A stretch of DNA of 64,000 bases from Anaerolineales bacterium (lineage in GTDB: Bacteria; Chloroflexota; Anaerolineae; Anaerolineales; E44-bin32), in the NCBI GenBank assembly GCA_035693825.1, contig DASSGB010000232.1, forward strand, positions 4,199 through 68,198, in the 5' to 3' direction. Shown one piece after another: positions 44,378 to 53,538 of the stretch. The notes below the pieces were generated by a model. It ran no database searches. It saw nothing but the letters and a program-made list of their open reading frames with translations, and was not told where the DNA came from. The first letter of the stretch is position 1, and the number at the start of each line of letters is the position of its first letter. The translations under genes and the position numbers were made by a program.

Positions 44378-46072
44378 TTACGATTTCCCCCGCCGGCCCT
44401 TTTCCTCGTGAATGAACAGCCATCCGGCGATCTCGCCCACGTCGAACGAATCGCCGGCGGTCCAGGAAAGTTCTTCGGGATAGGCTCGATCCTGACGAGA
44501 GCTCGTGTCGCCTGCGGCCTTCTGCCGCACATGCTCGCGCAGGTCCCGCAGCCGGGCCGACCAGCGCGCGGCGTTGGCGGGCGTCAAATCCACCCAGCCG
44601 TGCTCGGCATCCGCCGACTTGATCGTCGGGCCCCGCAAGAGGCGCCGGCCATCCGCCATCAGAATGGGAATCCCGATGGAGAGAATCCGCTGGCGCAGGG
44701 CTGCGTCGTCCGAGATGAGTTTCTCCATGGCGCGCGCCAGATCCTCCGGAGAACGCTTCACGGCCGCCTCGAGGGTCCCGCACGTCTGTCGCAGCAGGTC
44801 CGCCTCAAAGAGCAGCTTCGACAGGCGCGGCGGGCCCAGGATCTCGAAGGCCACCGAGTCGACGCCGTGCTCCTGCTCGAGCTGGCGCAGGCGGTTGAGC
44901 GCCGCCTGACGAAGGAAACCCGCCCGGTAGGATGGGCCCAGGACCGACCCGTCGAGCGCCGCCACGATATCGTGTCCGGTGTTGCCGCCCTGAATCTCGT
45001 GCACGACATTGGCTGCGATCTCCTCCGGCGTCACGAATTCCATCTGCCCCAGGGTGGTGATGGCGCGGAACTCCCCCGCCGCGAACACGCCGTTCTCGCC
45101 CGTGTCGATGTAGACCGACTCCAGTGGCTTGCCGGTCGAGCGGCCGAAGGCGCCCTCCGGAGCCAGGGCCTCCTCCGCGTCCACACGCACCGCCTCGGCG
45201 GGAAGACAGTCAAACAGCTCGATCTCCCTCCCGCCGCGCCGGATCGGCCCGTAGCCGATCTCCTTCCAGGCGATGACCGCCGTCGGCTTGATCTCTTTGA
45301 CGATCTGAGGGCCTCCCGGTGTGCGCGCGATCAAGAACGTCAACAGCGTCTGCGCGCCCGCCACGGCCGACTTCGAGAGCAGCACGCGCGAGGGTCTCTC
45401 CTCGCCGTGGGTGTAAGGAATGTTGAAGCCCATGCCGCCCGTGCCGCTCGTGCCGACTTTGATATAGGCCTTCGTGTCGGCGCGCAGCATCGCCTCATAC
45501 AGAATCTGCATGTGCCGAACGAGCTGCGGGATATACAACGCCGTGAGCAGACGCTCGACTTCTTCCGGCCAGTCGGTGGTGGCGCCCTGGGCGATGCGAT
45601 CCTGGAGGCGGCGCGCCGTCTGGAACACGTTTTGATACGCGACCGCCGTGGCGGTGTTCACGCAATCCACGATGATCTCCGCCGGGTGGCCGTCCAATCC
45701 ACGGGCGGTGCCCACGATCAACTGATAGAGCATCGACGATTCGAGGATCGACTCGTCGATCTCGTTCAGGATGTCGGCCACCAGCTGCCGCCGCCGGTGC
45801 GTGTCGGCCAGGACCGCCGTGCGCGGATGGACTCCGGCAGGCCCATCCTGCCACTCGGCGCGCAACAACAGATCGCCCCAGGCCGGCACCAATACCGTCG
45901 AGGACTCGGGGAACTCGCGACGCAGGCCGGCCACCCCGGCCTCGGCCTCACTCTGCCGAAGCGAGGCGACCACCAGCCGCGCCGGACGATGCGCCAGCAG
46001 CTCGCGGCACACGGCCGTCCCCACCAGGCCGTAGCCGCCGAGGACGAGCGCATTCCTGTTCTCAATATCCAC
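44378..46072 (-). CDS. Large NAD(P)-binding Rossmann-fold protein, uncharacterised (saccharopine-dehydrogenase-like N-terminus)
   Basis: The GTG at 46072 has a GGAGG SD. The N-terminus ALVLGGYGLVGTAVCREL is a dinucleotide-binding motif. The remaining 500 aa or so have no motif I recognise. Confidence 0.55.
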   Translation of the reverse strand: MDIENRNALVLGGYGLVGTAVCRELLAHRPARLVVASLRQSEAEAGVAGLRREFPESSTVLVPAWGDLLLRAEWQDGPAGVHPRTAVLADTHRRRQLVADILNEIDESILESSMLYQLIVGTARGLDGHPAEIIVDCVNTATAVAYQNVFQTARRLQDRIAQGATTDWPEEVERLLTALYIPQLVRHMQILYEAMLRADTKAYIKVGTSGTGGMGFNIPYTHGEERPSRVLLSKSAVAGAQTLLTFLIARTPGGPQIVKEIKPTAVIAWKEIGYGPIRRGGREIELFDCLPAEAVRVDAEEALAPEGAFGRSTGKPLESVYIDTGENGVFAAGEFRAITTLGQMEFVTPEEIAANVVHEIQGGNTGHDIVAALDGSVLGPSYRAGFLRQAALNRLRQLEQEHGVDSVAFEILGPPRLSKLLFEADLLRQTCGTLEAAVKRSPEDLARAMEKLISDDAALRQRILSIGIPILMADGRRLLRGPTIKSADAEHGWVDLTPANAARWSARLRDLREHVRQKAAGDTSSRQDRAYPEELSWTAGDSFDVGEIAGWLFIHEEKGRRGKS

Positions 46073-46207
46073 GTGGAAGACCTCCGTGCGGGACGGTCGA
46101 AAGGGAGGGGGACTTCCCGCGAGCGGCCCGCAGGCCGCCCGCATCAGCCTATTCTACAACCGGGGAAGGAGGAAGCGCCGTTCGGCAGGTGCCTGGGCAG
46201 GCAACCT

Positions 46208-46579
46208 TCATTCGACGTAGATCTCGACTCGCTGGCCCTCTTCTTCGTCGACGACGTCCATGACTTTCCCGCTCATGCCCTGCCGCAGCGCGTTGGCCAG
46301 TTCGCCCAGTTCGATGCCCTCGACATCGGGAATGAAGCGCGCTCCGACTTTCAGCCCGACGTTGACCAGCCGCATCGGAATGGTCACATTGACCGAAGGC
46401 TTGCCGCTGTGGACATCGGTCACCCGCACCCGCAGCCACCGCGACTCGAGATCGCCCGCCGCCTGCCGTCGCCGCTCGCCCCGCGCCAGTGCCGCGAGCA
46501 GCCGGGCCGCCTCCTCGGGAGTGATCTTCTTTTCCTCGACCATCTTGAGGATCTTGAGCCGCTCTTCGGAAGTCGTCAT
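46208..46579 (-). CDS. Small protein with an N-terminal SHOCT-like helix motif
   Basis: SEERLKILKMVEEKKITPEEAARLLAAL followed by a beta-rich domain of about 80 aa. Confidence 0.7.
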   Translation of the reverse strand: MTTSEERLKILKMVEEKKITPEEAARLLAALARGERRRQAAGDLESRWLRVRVTDVHSGKPSVNVTIPMRLVNVGLKVGARFIPDVEGIELGELANALRQGMSGKVMDVVDEEEGQRVEIYVE

Positions 46580-46595
46580 GTCCGTCTCCGCTAGA

Positions 46596-47567
46596 TCACC
46601 TGGCTGTCGGCTCGACCGCGGACCTTAGGCCCAGGGTCAGAGCCATCCACTTCAAGCTTCGACCCGGCTGAAATCCGTGGGCCCGGAGGCTTGATTCATC
46701 CGCTGCATGATCGACCTCCAGCCGCATCGTGCCGCGCCCCGGAGAGGCGTGCAGCGCCCGGTCGAGCAGGGCAGCCTCGGCCCTGCCTCTGGCCAGCGGA
46801 TCGAGCACCATCAGCCAATGCACTCCAGGGGCTTCGTAACCGGGAAAGGCCGAGAGGCTGGCCATGAGGGGGCCCTCCTCCGGCCAGACCCAATGTCTTG
46901 CCCACACGCCGTCCAGGACTCCGGCCGAGTCCAGCGGCCGCGGCCACAACAACCCTTCGGGATGAAGTCGGCGCACGAGGGCCAGGTGCTCGAGAGAATC
47001 GGCCGACCGCCGTGCACGCGCCGGTTCCTGCGCCGTTTCCGCCGGCGGCGACCAGCCCGCGATTCGATTCCAGGTCGTTCGATGGGAGACGACGCGGAAG
47101 CCCAACCGCGCATACAGCTCCTGGGCGCCGGCCTCCGAGGCATCCACCTGGAGGAAGACCTCATGCGCGCCACGTCGCCGGGCCTCGTCCAGGCAGGCTC
47201 GCACCAGCGACGAGCCGATGCCCCGGCGCCTCCAGGTGGGCTCGACCGCCACGTTGATCAACACCCACCGCCGGGGCGCCTCGTCGACGCGCATCAGGCT
47301 GGCGTTGCCCACGATGCGGCCTTCTTCCAGCCAGACATACCCCTGAGGAAAAGCCGCGGGGGGCAGGAACCATCGGCCGATGGCCCAGCCCAGCCGGCCC
47401 CAGCGACCGAAGGAGCGCATGGCCTGCACCATGCGCTTGCCCTCAGGGTCGAGGCGTTCCGCGAAGGCCGCCTCGATCACGGACCCCAGGCCGCCCAGAT
47501 CGCGGCGGGGGTCGATGGCCCGCATTCCCCTCGCCGGCGCCGCGCTCGAAATAGCGGCTGCCGTCAC
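46596..47567 (-). CDS. Tandem-domain GNAT N-acetyltransferase
   Basis: The first half has a GNAT core (RRRGIGSSLVRACLDEARRRGAHEVFLQV). The second half is GNAT-like. Overlaps the upstream gene by 4 nt. Confidence 0.8.
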   Translation of the reverse strand: MTAAAISSAAPARGMRAIDPRRDLGGLGSVIEAAFAERLDPEGKRMVQAMRSFGRWGRLGWAIGRWFLPPAAFPQGYVWLEEGRIVGNASLMRVDEAPRRWVLINVAVEPTWRRRGIGSSLVRACLDEARRRGAHEVFLQVDASEAGAQELYARLGFRVVSHRTTWNRIAGWSPPAETAQEPARARRSADSLEHLALVRRLHPEGLLWPRPLDSAGVLDGVWARHWVWPEEGPLMASLSAFPGYEAPGVHWLMVLDPLARGRAEAALLDRALHASPGRGTMRLEVDHAADESSLRAHGFQPGRSLKWMALTLGLRSAVEPTAR

Positions 47568-48613
47568 GCGCCCGGCTCCAGTGCCCGCAACAACGATTCG
47601 GCCTGCTCCACGCTGATCTTCCCGTCCTCCAGCATCCGCAGGATCGCCAGCCGCTCGTCGTCCGTCGGCTCCGCGCCCACGGTTTCTTCTTCGGCGGTCT
47701 CGGGCGATCCCTGGCGGGCGCGCCGCAGCGCCCTCGAAATGGCGCGATGGACTTTCTGCCGGAGATCCTGAGCCTCGAGCCCGTAGGCGCTGAGGTCCAT
47801 GCCCTCCAGGCCGGCCTCGACATCGGCCAGGGTTGCTTCCACCTGAGAGCTGATCTCCTCCGCCAGGCCGGCGGTAAACTCTGTGCCGCCGTGCGTTACC
47901 AGGACGTCGCCTCCGGCGGATATCTCCACCGTTGCCTCACCGCCACCCAATGTCACCGTCGACTCGCCCGCCGAACGCTCACCCATCATGCGCAGGTCGC
48001 CCTGCGCCCTGCCGGTGACTCTGGCCGAGGCGGAGGTGAGGAAGCGGCACACCACGTCCCCCTCGGCGCGAACCGATGAGCTGCTGCCGGCAGGCGGCAG
48101 CCACTCCAGCATCGCATCTCCACGCGCATGCACCTGAAGACCGCCCTCCAGGTGGATGGCTCGCAGGTCTCCTGCGACTTGGTCGATATGGACGGGCCCG
48201 GTGACCTGCTCCATCCGGGCGCTTCCGTCCACGATCGCGACTCGCAGACCGGATACAAGCCTCCGAACCGCCAGGTCGCCCGACACGTGCTCGACGTGCG
48301 TGGCTCCGACGTGACGCAAGCTGAGATCACCGGCGATGTCGCCCAGCCGGAGCTCGCCCGCCAGGTCGGCCAGCCGCGCGTCCCCCGACACGCGCTCCAC
48401 CTCGAGCGTGCTGTCCTCAGGCAGGAACAGGAGACATCCGGATCGGCAGGTCACCTCAACGCCATTGCCGCGCGCCTGCACCAGCAATCCGCCGCGGCTG
48501 CCTGCCTGGGCTTCCAGGCGCGTCCCCGGCCGGCCGCTGACCCGAAGGTCGCCGTCGATCGAGGTGATATGCACCCGCGGGTGCGGGCCGACTTCCTGAC
48601 GGACGCTCTCCAT
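47564..48613 (-). CDS. DUF4097-like repeat (putative beta-helix) protein with a C-terminal SHOCT-like motif
   Basis: Many repeated SGD(L/A)xx strands. The C-terminus is DDERLAILRMLEDGKISVEQAESLLRAL. Confidence 0.7.
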   Translation of the reverse strand: MESVRQEVGPHPRVHITSIDGDLRVSGRPGTRLEAQAGSRGGLLVQARGNGVEVTCRSGCLLFLPEDSTLEVERVSGDARLADLAGELRLGDIAGDLSLRHVGATHVEHVSGDLAVRRLVSGLRVAIVDGSARMEQVTGPVHIDQVAGDLRAIHLEGGLQVHARGDAMLEWLPPAGSSSSVRAEGDVVCRFLTSASARVTGRAQGDLRMMGERSAGESTVTLGGGEATVEISAGGDVLVTHGGTEFTAGLAEEISSQVEATLADVEAGLEGMDLSAYGLEAQDLRQKVHRAISRALRRARQGSPETAEEETVGAEPTDDERLAILRMLEDGKISVEQAESLLRALEPGA

Positions 48614-48636
48614 ACCGATCGCCTCCGCTTCGCTGT

Positions 48637-49020
48637 CTACTCTGCTTCCAGCAGACGCATCGCCTCGTCCGAAGTAATACGGCCGCCGGCCAGGTCGTCC
48701 AGGACGCGCTGCCGCTCGTCCTCCGACCTCGACGAGGATTCTTCACCCACAGGGAATCCCATCTGGCGCACGACGTCGACCAGGCGCGAACGCAGCGTCG
48801 GATAGGACAGCCCCATTTCGCGCTCCATCCGGTTCAACTTCCCCTCGCACCGCAGGAACGTTTCCACGAACGTCAGTTGATCGGAAGTCAGTCGACCCAG
48901 GCGGCCGACCTCAAACTGGCCGTCCACGGTCGTGTCGCAACTGCGGCAGTGAAGCCTCGTCACCGCGAGCCGTTCGCCACAAACTGGACATAATGTGAGC
49001 AGAGGGTTCATTCGGACCAC
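48637..49020 (-). CDS. DUF2089 family protein (zinc ribbon plus HTH) with a C-terminal SHOCT-like motif
   Basis: CPVCGERL...CRSCDT zinc ribbon, then LTFVETFLRCEGKLNRMEREMGLSYPTLRSRL, then a C-terminal ERQRVLDDLAGGRITSDEAMRLLEA. The start is the GTG at 49020 or the ATG at 49011. Confidence 0.8.
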   Translation of the reverse strand: MVRMNPLLTLCPVCGERLAVTRLHCRSCDTTVDGQFEVGRLGRLTSDQLTFVETFLRCEGKLNRMEREMGLSYPTLRSRLVDVVRQMGFPVGEESSSRSEDERQRVLDDLAGGRITSDEAMRLLEAE

Positions 49021-49075
49021 GCCTCGGAACCGAGGTTACGATATTCCTCGTTTGGTTTTCATGTTATCCGCGCGA

Positions 49076-49103
49076 ATTGTAATGGGCCTTTAAGAAAAGT
49101 CAA
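49076..49103 (-). promoter_or_regulatory. Sigma70-type promoter (TTGACT-16-TACAAT) for the DUF2089 operon
   Basis: The minus strand reads CTTGTTGACTTTTCTTAAAGGCCCATTACAAT, in the most AT-rich stretch of the window. Confidence 0.55.
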
Positions 49104-49191
49104 CAAGGGATGAAGAACTTTGAGGGGCGGCCCAAGGCGTCCATGCATCGGCCGCAGGCGAATCATGGCCGCATCGTCGGTCGGGGTCCTC

Positions 49192-49200
49192 TGCTAGAAT
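49192..49200 (+). promoter_or_regulatory. Extended -10 (TGCTAGAAT) for the aminotransferase gene
   Basis: CTCTGCTAGAAT lies 27 nt upstream of the ATG at 49228, with a GAGGGAAG SD in between. Confidence 0.5.
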
Positions 49201-49227
49201 GCCCCTGTCCACTCGCCGAGGGAAGCC

Positions 49228-50292
49228 ATGGCGCACCTTTTCGTGCCGGGGCCGACCGATGTCGCCCCCGAGATTCTGGCAGCGCAGACCCACCCCATGA
49301 TCGGGCATCGCAGCCAGGCATGTTCGGATCTGATGGCCCGCATCCAACCTCGCCTTCAGCAGGTACTCCAAACCCGCCAGCGCGTGTACATCACCGCCTC
49401 CTCGGGGAGTGGACTCCAGGAAGCGGCCGTTCGCAACACGGTCGCGCGGCGCGTGCTGGTGTGCGTTGGCGGCGCTTTCGGCGAACGCTGGTATGACATC
49501 GCGCGCGCCAACGGCCTTGCCGCCGACCGCCTCGACGCGGCCTGGGGCGAGCCGCATCGGCCGGATCAGGTGGCCGAGGCCGTGGCGCGCGGCTACGACG
49601 CGGTGGCCATCGTCCACAACGAGACGTCCACCGGGATCGAAAACCCGGTGGCCGATATCGCCCGAGCCGTGCGCGCCGCGGCGCCCGAAGCGCTGCTGCT
49701 CGTCGACGCCGTGTCCTCTGCCGGCGGAGTCGACCTTCGGCCCGACGAGTGGGGGCTGGATGTTGTTCTCACCTCCTCGCAGAAGTGCTTCGCGCTGCCG
49801 CCGGGGTTGGCCTTCGCCGCCGTCAGCGATCGCGCCCTCGAGCGCGCGGCCACGATCGCCCACCGAGGCTGGTATTTCGATTTCCTGCTGCTGGAGAAGT
49901 ACCTCCAACAGCACAACACGCCGGCCACGCCGGCCATTTCCCTTCTGTACGCCCTCGACGCGCAACTCGATCGAATCCTGGCCGAGGGTCTCGAGGCCCG
50001 ATTCGCACGCCACAGCCGCATGGCGCAAATAGCCCAGGGTTGGGCCGAGGATCGTTTGTCGGTCTTCCCCCGCGCCGGGTTTCGCTCGAAGACGGTCACC
50101 ACCATATCCAACACGCGCGCCATCGATATCGTCGCCCTTTCGGCCCACCTGTCCCGCGCGGGCATGGCCATCGCCAACGGCTACGGACCGCTCAAAGGAA
50201 AGACGTTCCGCATCGGACACATGGGCGAAATTACCCCGGACGACGTCGCCTCTCTCCTGGCGCAGATCGATGGTTTCCTCGGTCAGTCCTGA
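49228..50292 (+). CDS. Class-V aminotransferase (second paralog)
   Basis: Contains LFVPGPTDV..., HNETSTGI and ...SSQKCF (PLP-Lys region). Confidence 0.9.
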   Translation: MAHLFVPGPTDVAPEILAAQTHPMIGHRSQACSDLMARIQPRLQQVLQTRQRVYITASSGSGLQEAAVRNTVARRVLVCVGGAFGERWYDIARANGLAADRLDAAWGEPHRPDQVAEAVARGYDAVAIVHNETSTGIENPVADIARAVRAAAPEALLLVDAVSSAGGVDLRPDEWGLDVVLTSSQKCFALPPGLAFAAVSDRALERAATIAHRGWYFDFLLLEKYLQQHNTPATPAISLLYALDAQLDRILAEGLEARFARHSRMAQIAQGWAEDRLSVFPRAGFRSKTVTTISNTRAIDIVALSAHLSRAGMAIANGYGPLKGKTFRIGHMGEITPDDVASLLAQIDGFLGQS

Positions 50293-51736
50293 CCCACCGG
50301 CCCCGCAGCGGCCGAGCGGGCGACTCCTCGCGGGGCTGTTCCTGGTGGCTGCGCTTCCCCGCCTGGCGCTGGCCCTGGTGTACCTGAACCTCCCCATCGG
50401 CCTGGACGACATGTTCCAGTACGACATGCTCGGCCGCTCGCTTGCCTCCGGAAACGGCTACCGCTGGTACACCCGCGCCGACGTGGCGGCCCTGCGACCG
50501 TATCTCGACAAGTGGTATGCCATCGATCTTCCGACAGAAGCCGTTCCCGCCGACGGGTATCTCACCACGTTTCGTGCTCCCGGGTACCCGCTTTTCCTCG
50601 CCGGGATCTACTCGTTGGTGGGCATGACACAGCGGTTGGCCGCGGTCCGTCTGATTCAAGTCGGCCTCGGAGCGATGCTTGCGCCCCTGACGGCTCTGCT
50701 GACCGCCCGGCTCTTGCCCTCCCCGCGAGCGCCCTGGATATCCGGAACCGTCGTTGCGCTGTACCCGATCCTGTGGATGTATCCCCTCGGCCTCGGCTCC
50801 GAGAATCTGTTCATGCCCCTGGTCATTCTTTCGGGGCTGGCTCTCCTGCGCGCGGCGCGGTCTGCTGGCGACGCCCCGGCGGCGGTGGCGGGCGTGACGA
50901 TGGGACTGGCCACCCTGACCCGCGGCGCGTTCGTGCTCACGTGGCCTCTGGCCCTGGTGTGGCTCGCCCGGCGCGCCGGCGCGCGCCGCGCCCTGTTGAC
51001 GGCGATCGCTGCCGCGGCCATCGTGGCGCCGTGGGCCATCCGCAACAGCCGCGTGTTGGGCCGGCCGGCTTTTGTCGAAACCACGTTGGGCTACAACCTG
51101 TTCATCGGCTACCACCCCGAAGGCGACGGCGGCTTCGTGACGCGCATCGCGCTCATGCCCGTCCACATGCTCGACGACGGCGAACGCGACCGATGGACGA
51201 TGGAGCGCGCGCTGGGCTTCATTCGCAGCGACCCCACGCGGGCGGGTCTTCTCACACTGCGGCGATTGGCGTATTTCTGGGGCTGGGAGACGCGCGAGCT
51301 GGCGTACTTCTACAGCAACAACACCTTCGGTCCATTGCCGTCAGGCGTGCTCCTGGCGGCAATGCTTGTCTTGGTCGGACCGTGGATGGCCGTCGCCCTG
51401 TCCGCGCCGCTGGGCTTCGCCGTTGCTCCCGGCTCCGGGGGCCGCTGGTTCAGCCTGGCCTTTCTGATCGGGGGCATGTTGCCGTACATACCCGTCCTGG
51501 CCGAGCCGAGATTCCACTTGCCCGTACTTCCGTGGCTGTCGGCCTACGCGGCCTACGCGTGGCTCGAGCGCCGCCGCTGGTTGCAGCCATCGCCGCCGGC
51601 CCGCCTGGCCATCCTGGCCGCGGTTCTGGTGATCATCCTTCTCGTCTTGCTGTGGAGCTGGGACGCCCTGCGTCTCCTGCCTCGCTGGCAGGCCGTGTTC
51701 TCGCCCGGCGGCCACCGCCTGTATCTTGCCTATTGA
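50270..51736 (+). CDS. GT39/ArnT-like polyprenyl-phosphate-dependent glycosyltransferase
   Basis: About 12 TM helices. The first loop DDMFQYDMLGRSL (DD/DE motif) is typical of PMT_2/ArnT-like enzymes. Confidence 0.75.
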   Translation: MVSSVSPDPPAPQRPSGRLLAGLFLVAALPRLALALVYLNLPIGLDDMFQYDMLGRSLASGNGYRWYTRADVAALRPYLDKWYAIDLPTEAVPADGYLTTFRAPGYPLFLAGIYSLVGMTQRLAAVRLIQVGLGAMLAPLTALLTARLLPSPRAPWISGTVVALYPILWMYPLGLGSENLFMPLVILSGLALLRAARSAGDAPAAVAGVTMGLATLTRGAFVLTWPLALVWLARRAGARRALLTAIAAAAIVAPWAIRNSRVLGRPAFVETTLGYNLFIGYHPEGDGGFVTRIALMPVHMLDDGERDRWTMERALGFIRSDPTRAGLLTLRRLAYFWGWETRELAYFYSNNTFGPLPSGVLLAAMLVLVGPWMAVALSAPLGFAVAPGSGGRWFSLAFLIGGMLPYIPVLAEPRFHLPVLPWLSAYAAYAWLERRRWLQPSPPARLAILAAVLVIILLVLLWSWDALRLLPRWQAVFSPGGHRLYLAY

Positions 51737-51780
51737 CCGCGGACCGATCCTCTCGCCGCCGACAAAGCCTTCGAGGCCAC

Positions 51781-52563
51781 ATGTCCCCACCTTCCCTCCA
51801 GGATCGCTACGAACGTGCCGTCGAACTGGCGCGCCAGGCAGGCGCGCTGCTTCGAGCCGGGCTGGGATCGGTCGAAACGATCGAACACAAAGGCGCCATC
51901 GATCTCCTGACCGAATACGATCTGCGTTCGGAACGTCTTCTGGTGGATGGATTGCGGCAGTCCTTTCCGGACGATCCGATTCTGGCCGAGGAAGGCGGCG
52001 GCGCCCAAGGCGCGCGCCGCTGGCTGATCGACCCCCTGGACGGCACGACCAACTTCGCCCACGGGCTGCCGCATTTCTCGGTGTCGCTGGCCTACGCCGA
52101 AGGCGGCGATATCCGGCTCGGTGTCGTCTTCGACCCGGCGCGCTCCGAGCTCTTTCACGCCATCCAGGGCGGAGGCGCTTTCCTCAACCAGGCGCGGCTG
52201 CGCGTCTCCTCCACAGCCAGCCTCGACCGGGCCCTGCTCGTCACCGGTTTCCCCTACGATATCCGGACGGCGGATGAAACGAACCTGGAGCTCTTCTCGA
52301 AGATGGCTCTGCGCGCCCAGGGACTGCGGCGCTTGGGTTCGGCGGCGCTCGATCTGGCCTACGTCGCCGCCGGCCGCTTCGACGGCTACTGGGAGCTGCG
52401 TCTATCACCCTGGGATTGGGCGGCGGGGATTCTTCTCGTGCGCGAAGCCGGCGGTCGAGTGACGCGCCTCAGCGGCGAGGAGGACATCTTTCGCCCGCCC
52501 ACCTCCATCATCGCCAGCAACAGGCTCATCCACCAGGCAATGCTCGAGGCGCTGGAAGAATAG
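51781..52563 (+). CDS. suhB: Inositol monophosphatase family protein
   Basis: LAEEGG...WLIDPLDGTTNF...WDWAAG motifs. ATG at 51781; the longer listed ORF is an upstream extension. Confidence 0.9.
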   Translation: MSPPSLQDRYERAVELARQAGALLRAGLGSVETIEHKGAIDLLTEYDLRSERLLVDGLRQSFPDDPILAEEGGGAQGARRWLIDPLDGTTNFAHGLPHFSVSLAYAEGGDIRLGVVFDPARSELFHAIQGGGAFLNQARLRVSSTASLDRALLVTGFPYDIRTADETNLELFSKMALRAQGLRRLGSAALDLAYVAAGRFDGYWELRLSPWDWAAGILLVREAGGRVTRLSGEEDIFRPPTSIIASNRLIHQAMLEALEE

Positions 52564-52564
52564 G

Positions 52565-52620
52565 GGTCAGTGGTCAGTGGTGAGTGGTCAGACCGACACC
52601 TGATGACTGACGACTGAACG
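52565..52620. repeat. Inverted heptamer arrays (GGTCAGT x4, spacer, CTGAYGA x3)
   Basis: GGTCAGT GGTCAGT GGTGAGT GGTCAGA CCGACAC CTGATGA CTGACGA CTGAACG. The array fills the gap between convergent stops. Confidence 0.9.
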
Positions 52621-52627
52621 GGGCAGC

Positions 52628-53449
52628 CTACGATCGTCTCGACTTCAGGGCCGACTCGAGCTCGGCGAAAGGGACGCGCGAGGTCATGTCGAGGCTCAGC
52701 GGGGTGACGGACACTTTGCGTTCGACGCGCAGGGCATGTGCGTCCGACCCGGGCTCGAGAGAACTGGCCTCCACCGAAACGCGGTAACCCATCAGTCCCG
52801 GTTCGCTCAGCTCGGTGCGGCCGGAGGCCACCGGCTCGTAGTAGCGCATGCGTGACAGCCGCGTGAGCCTCCACGGTGTCTCGGGCGTGGCCCCGATCGG
52901 CACATCGACCTTCAAGACATCCACATCCTGCAGCCGGCCGGTCTTCATCAGCGTCGCGCCGAATTGGCGGGCGAAGAAGGCCGCCGCCGAGAAATCCACT
53001 TCTTCCGAATGCGTCAGGTGATAGCGGCTCTCGGCTTCCTGGGAGACCGCCAGCGCCGGGATTCCGGCCGCGGCGCCTTCCAGCGCAGCGCCGATCGTGC
53101 CCGAAATGGTCACGCTGGTGGAGACGTTCTCGCCGTAGTTGATCCCAGACACGACCAGATCCGGTTTGCGCGGCACGAGCTCGAACAGCGCGTGCTGGAC
53201 GGCCTGCGCCGGCGAGCCTCCCACGGCGTACACCTTCCACGACTTCCCGCCGACCACGACGTCTTGTTCGTGAATGGCGCCGTCGGAACTCGGAGGCATG
53301 CTTCGACCGCTGCCGGATTGCTGCTCGCGCGGGGCTACCACGAACACGAAGCCGATCTCGGACAGCGACTCGGCCGCGGCCCACAATCCGGGCGAACGGA
53401 TGCCGTCGTCGTTGGTCAACAGGATGAGAGGTCTGTCGTCCGGGATCAT
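52628..53449 (-). CDS. surE: 5'/3'-nucleotidase SurE
   Basis: ILLTNDDGIRSPG motif, then ...SGINYGEN. ATG at 53449 (an upstream TTG is listed). Confidence 0.9.
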   Translation of the reverse strand: MIPDDRPLILLTNDDGIRSPGLWAAAESLSEIGFVFVVAPREQQSGSGRSMPPSSDGAIHEQDVVVGGKSWKVYAVGGSPAQAVQHALFELVPRKPDLVVSGINYGENVSTSVTISGTIGAALEGAAAGIPALAVSQEAESRYHLTHSEEVDFSAAAFFARQFGATLMKTGRLQDVDVLKVDVPIGATPETPWRLTRLSRMRYYEPVASGRTELSEPGLMGYRVSVEASSLEPGSDAHALRVERKVSVTPLSLDMTSRVPFAELESALKSRRS

Positions 53450-53538
53450 GGTCGAGACAAATCGTACCAAGCCGCCACCCGCCGGTCAACGCAGCCGGCG
53501 CAAGGATCGTGCCAGGCTGGACGAAGGCTGCTCAACCT

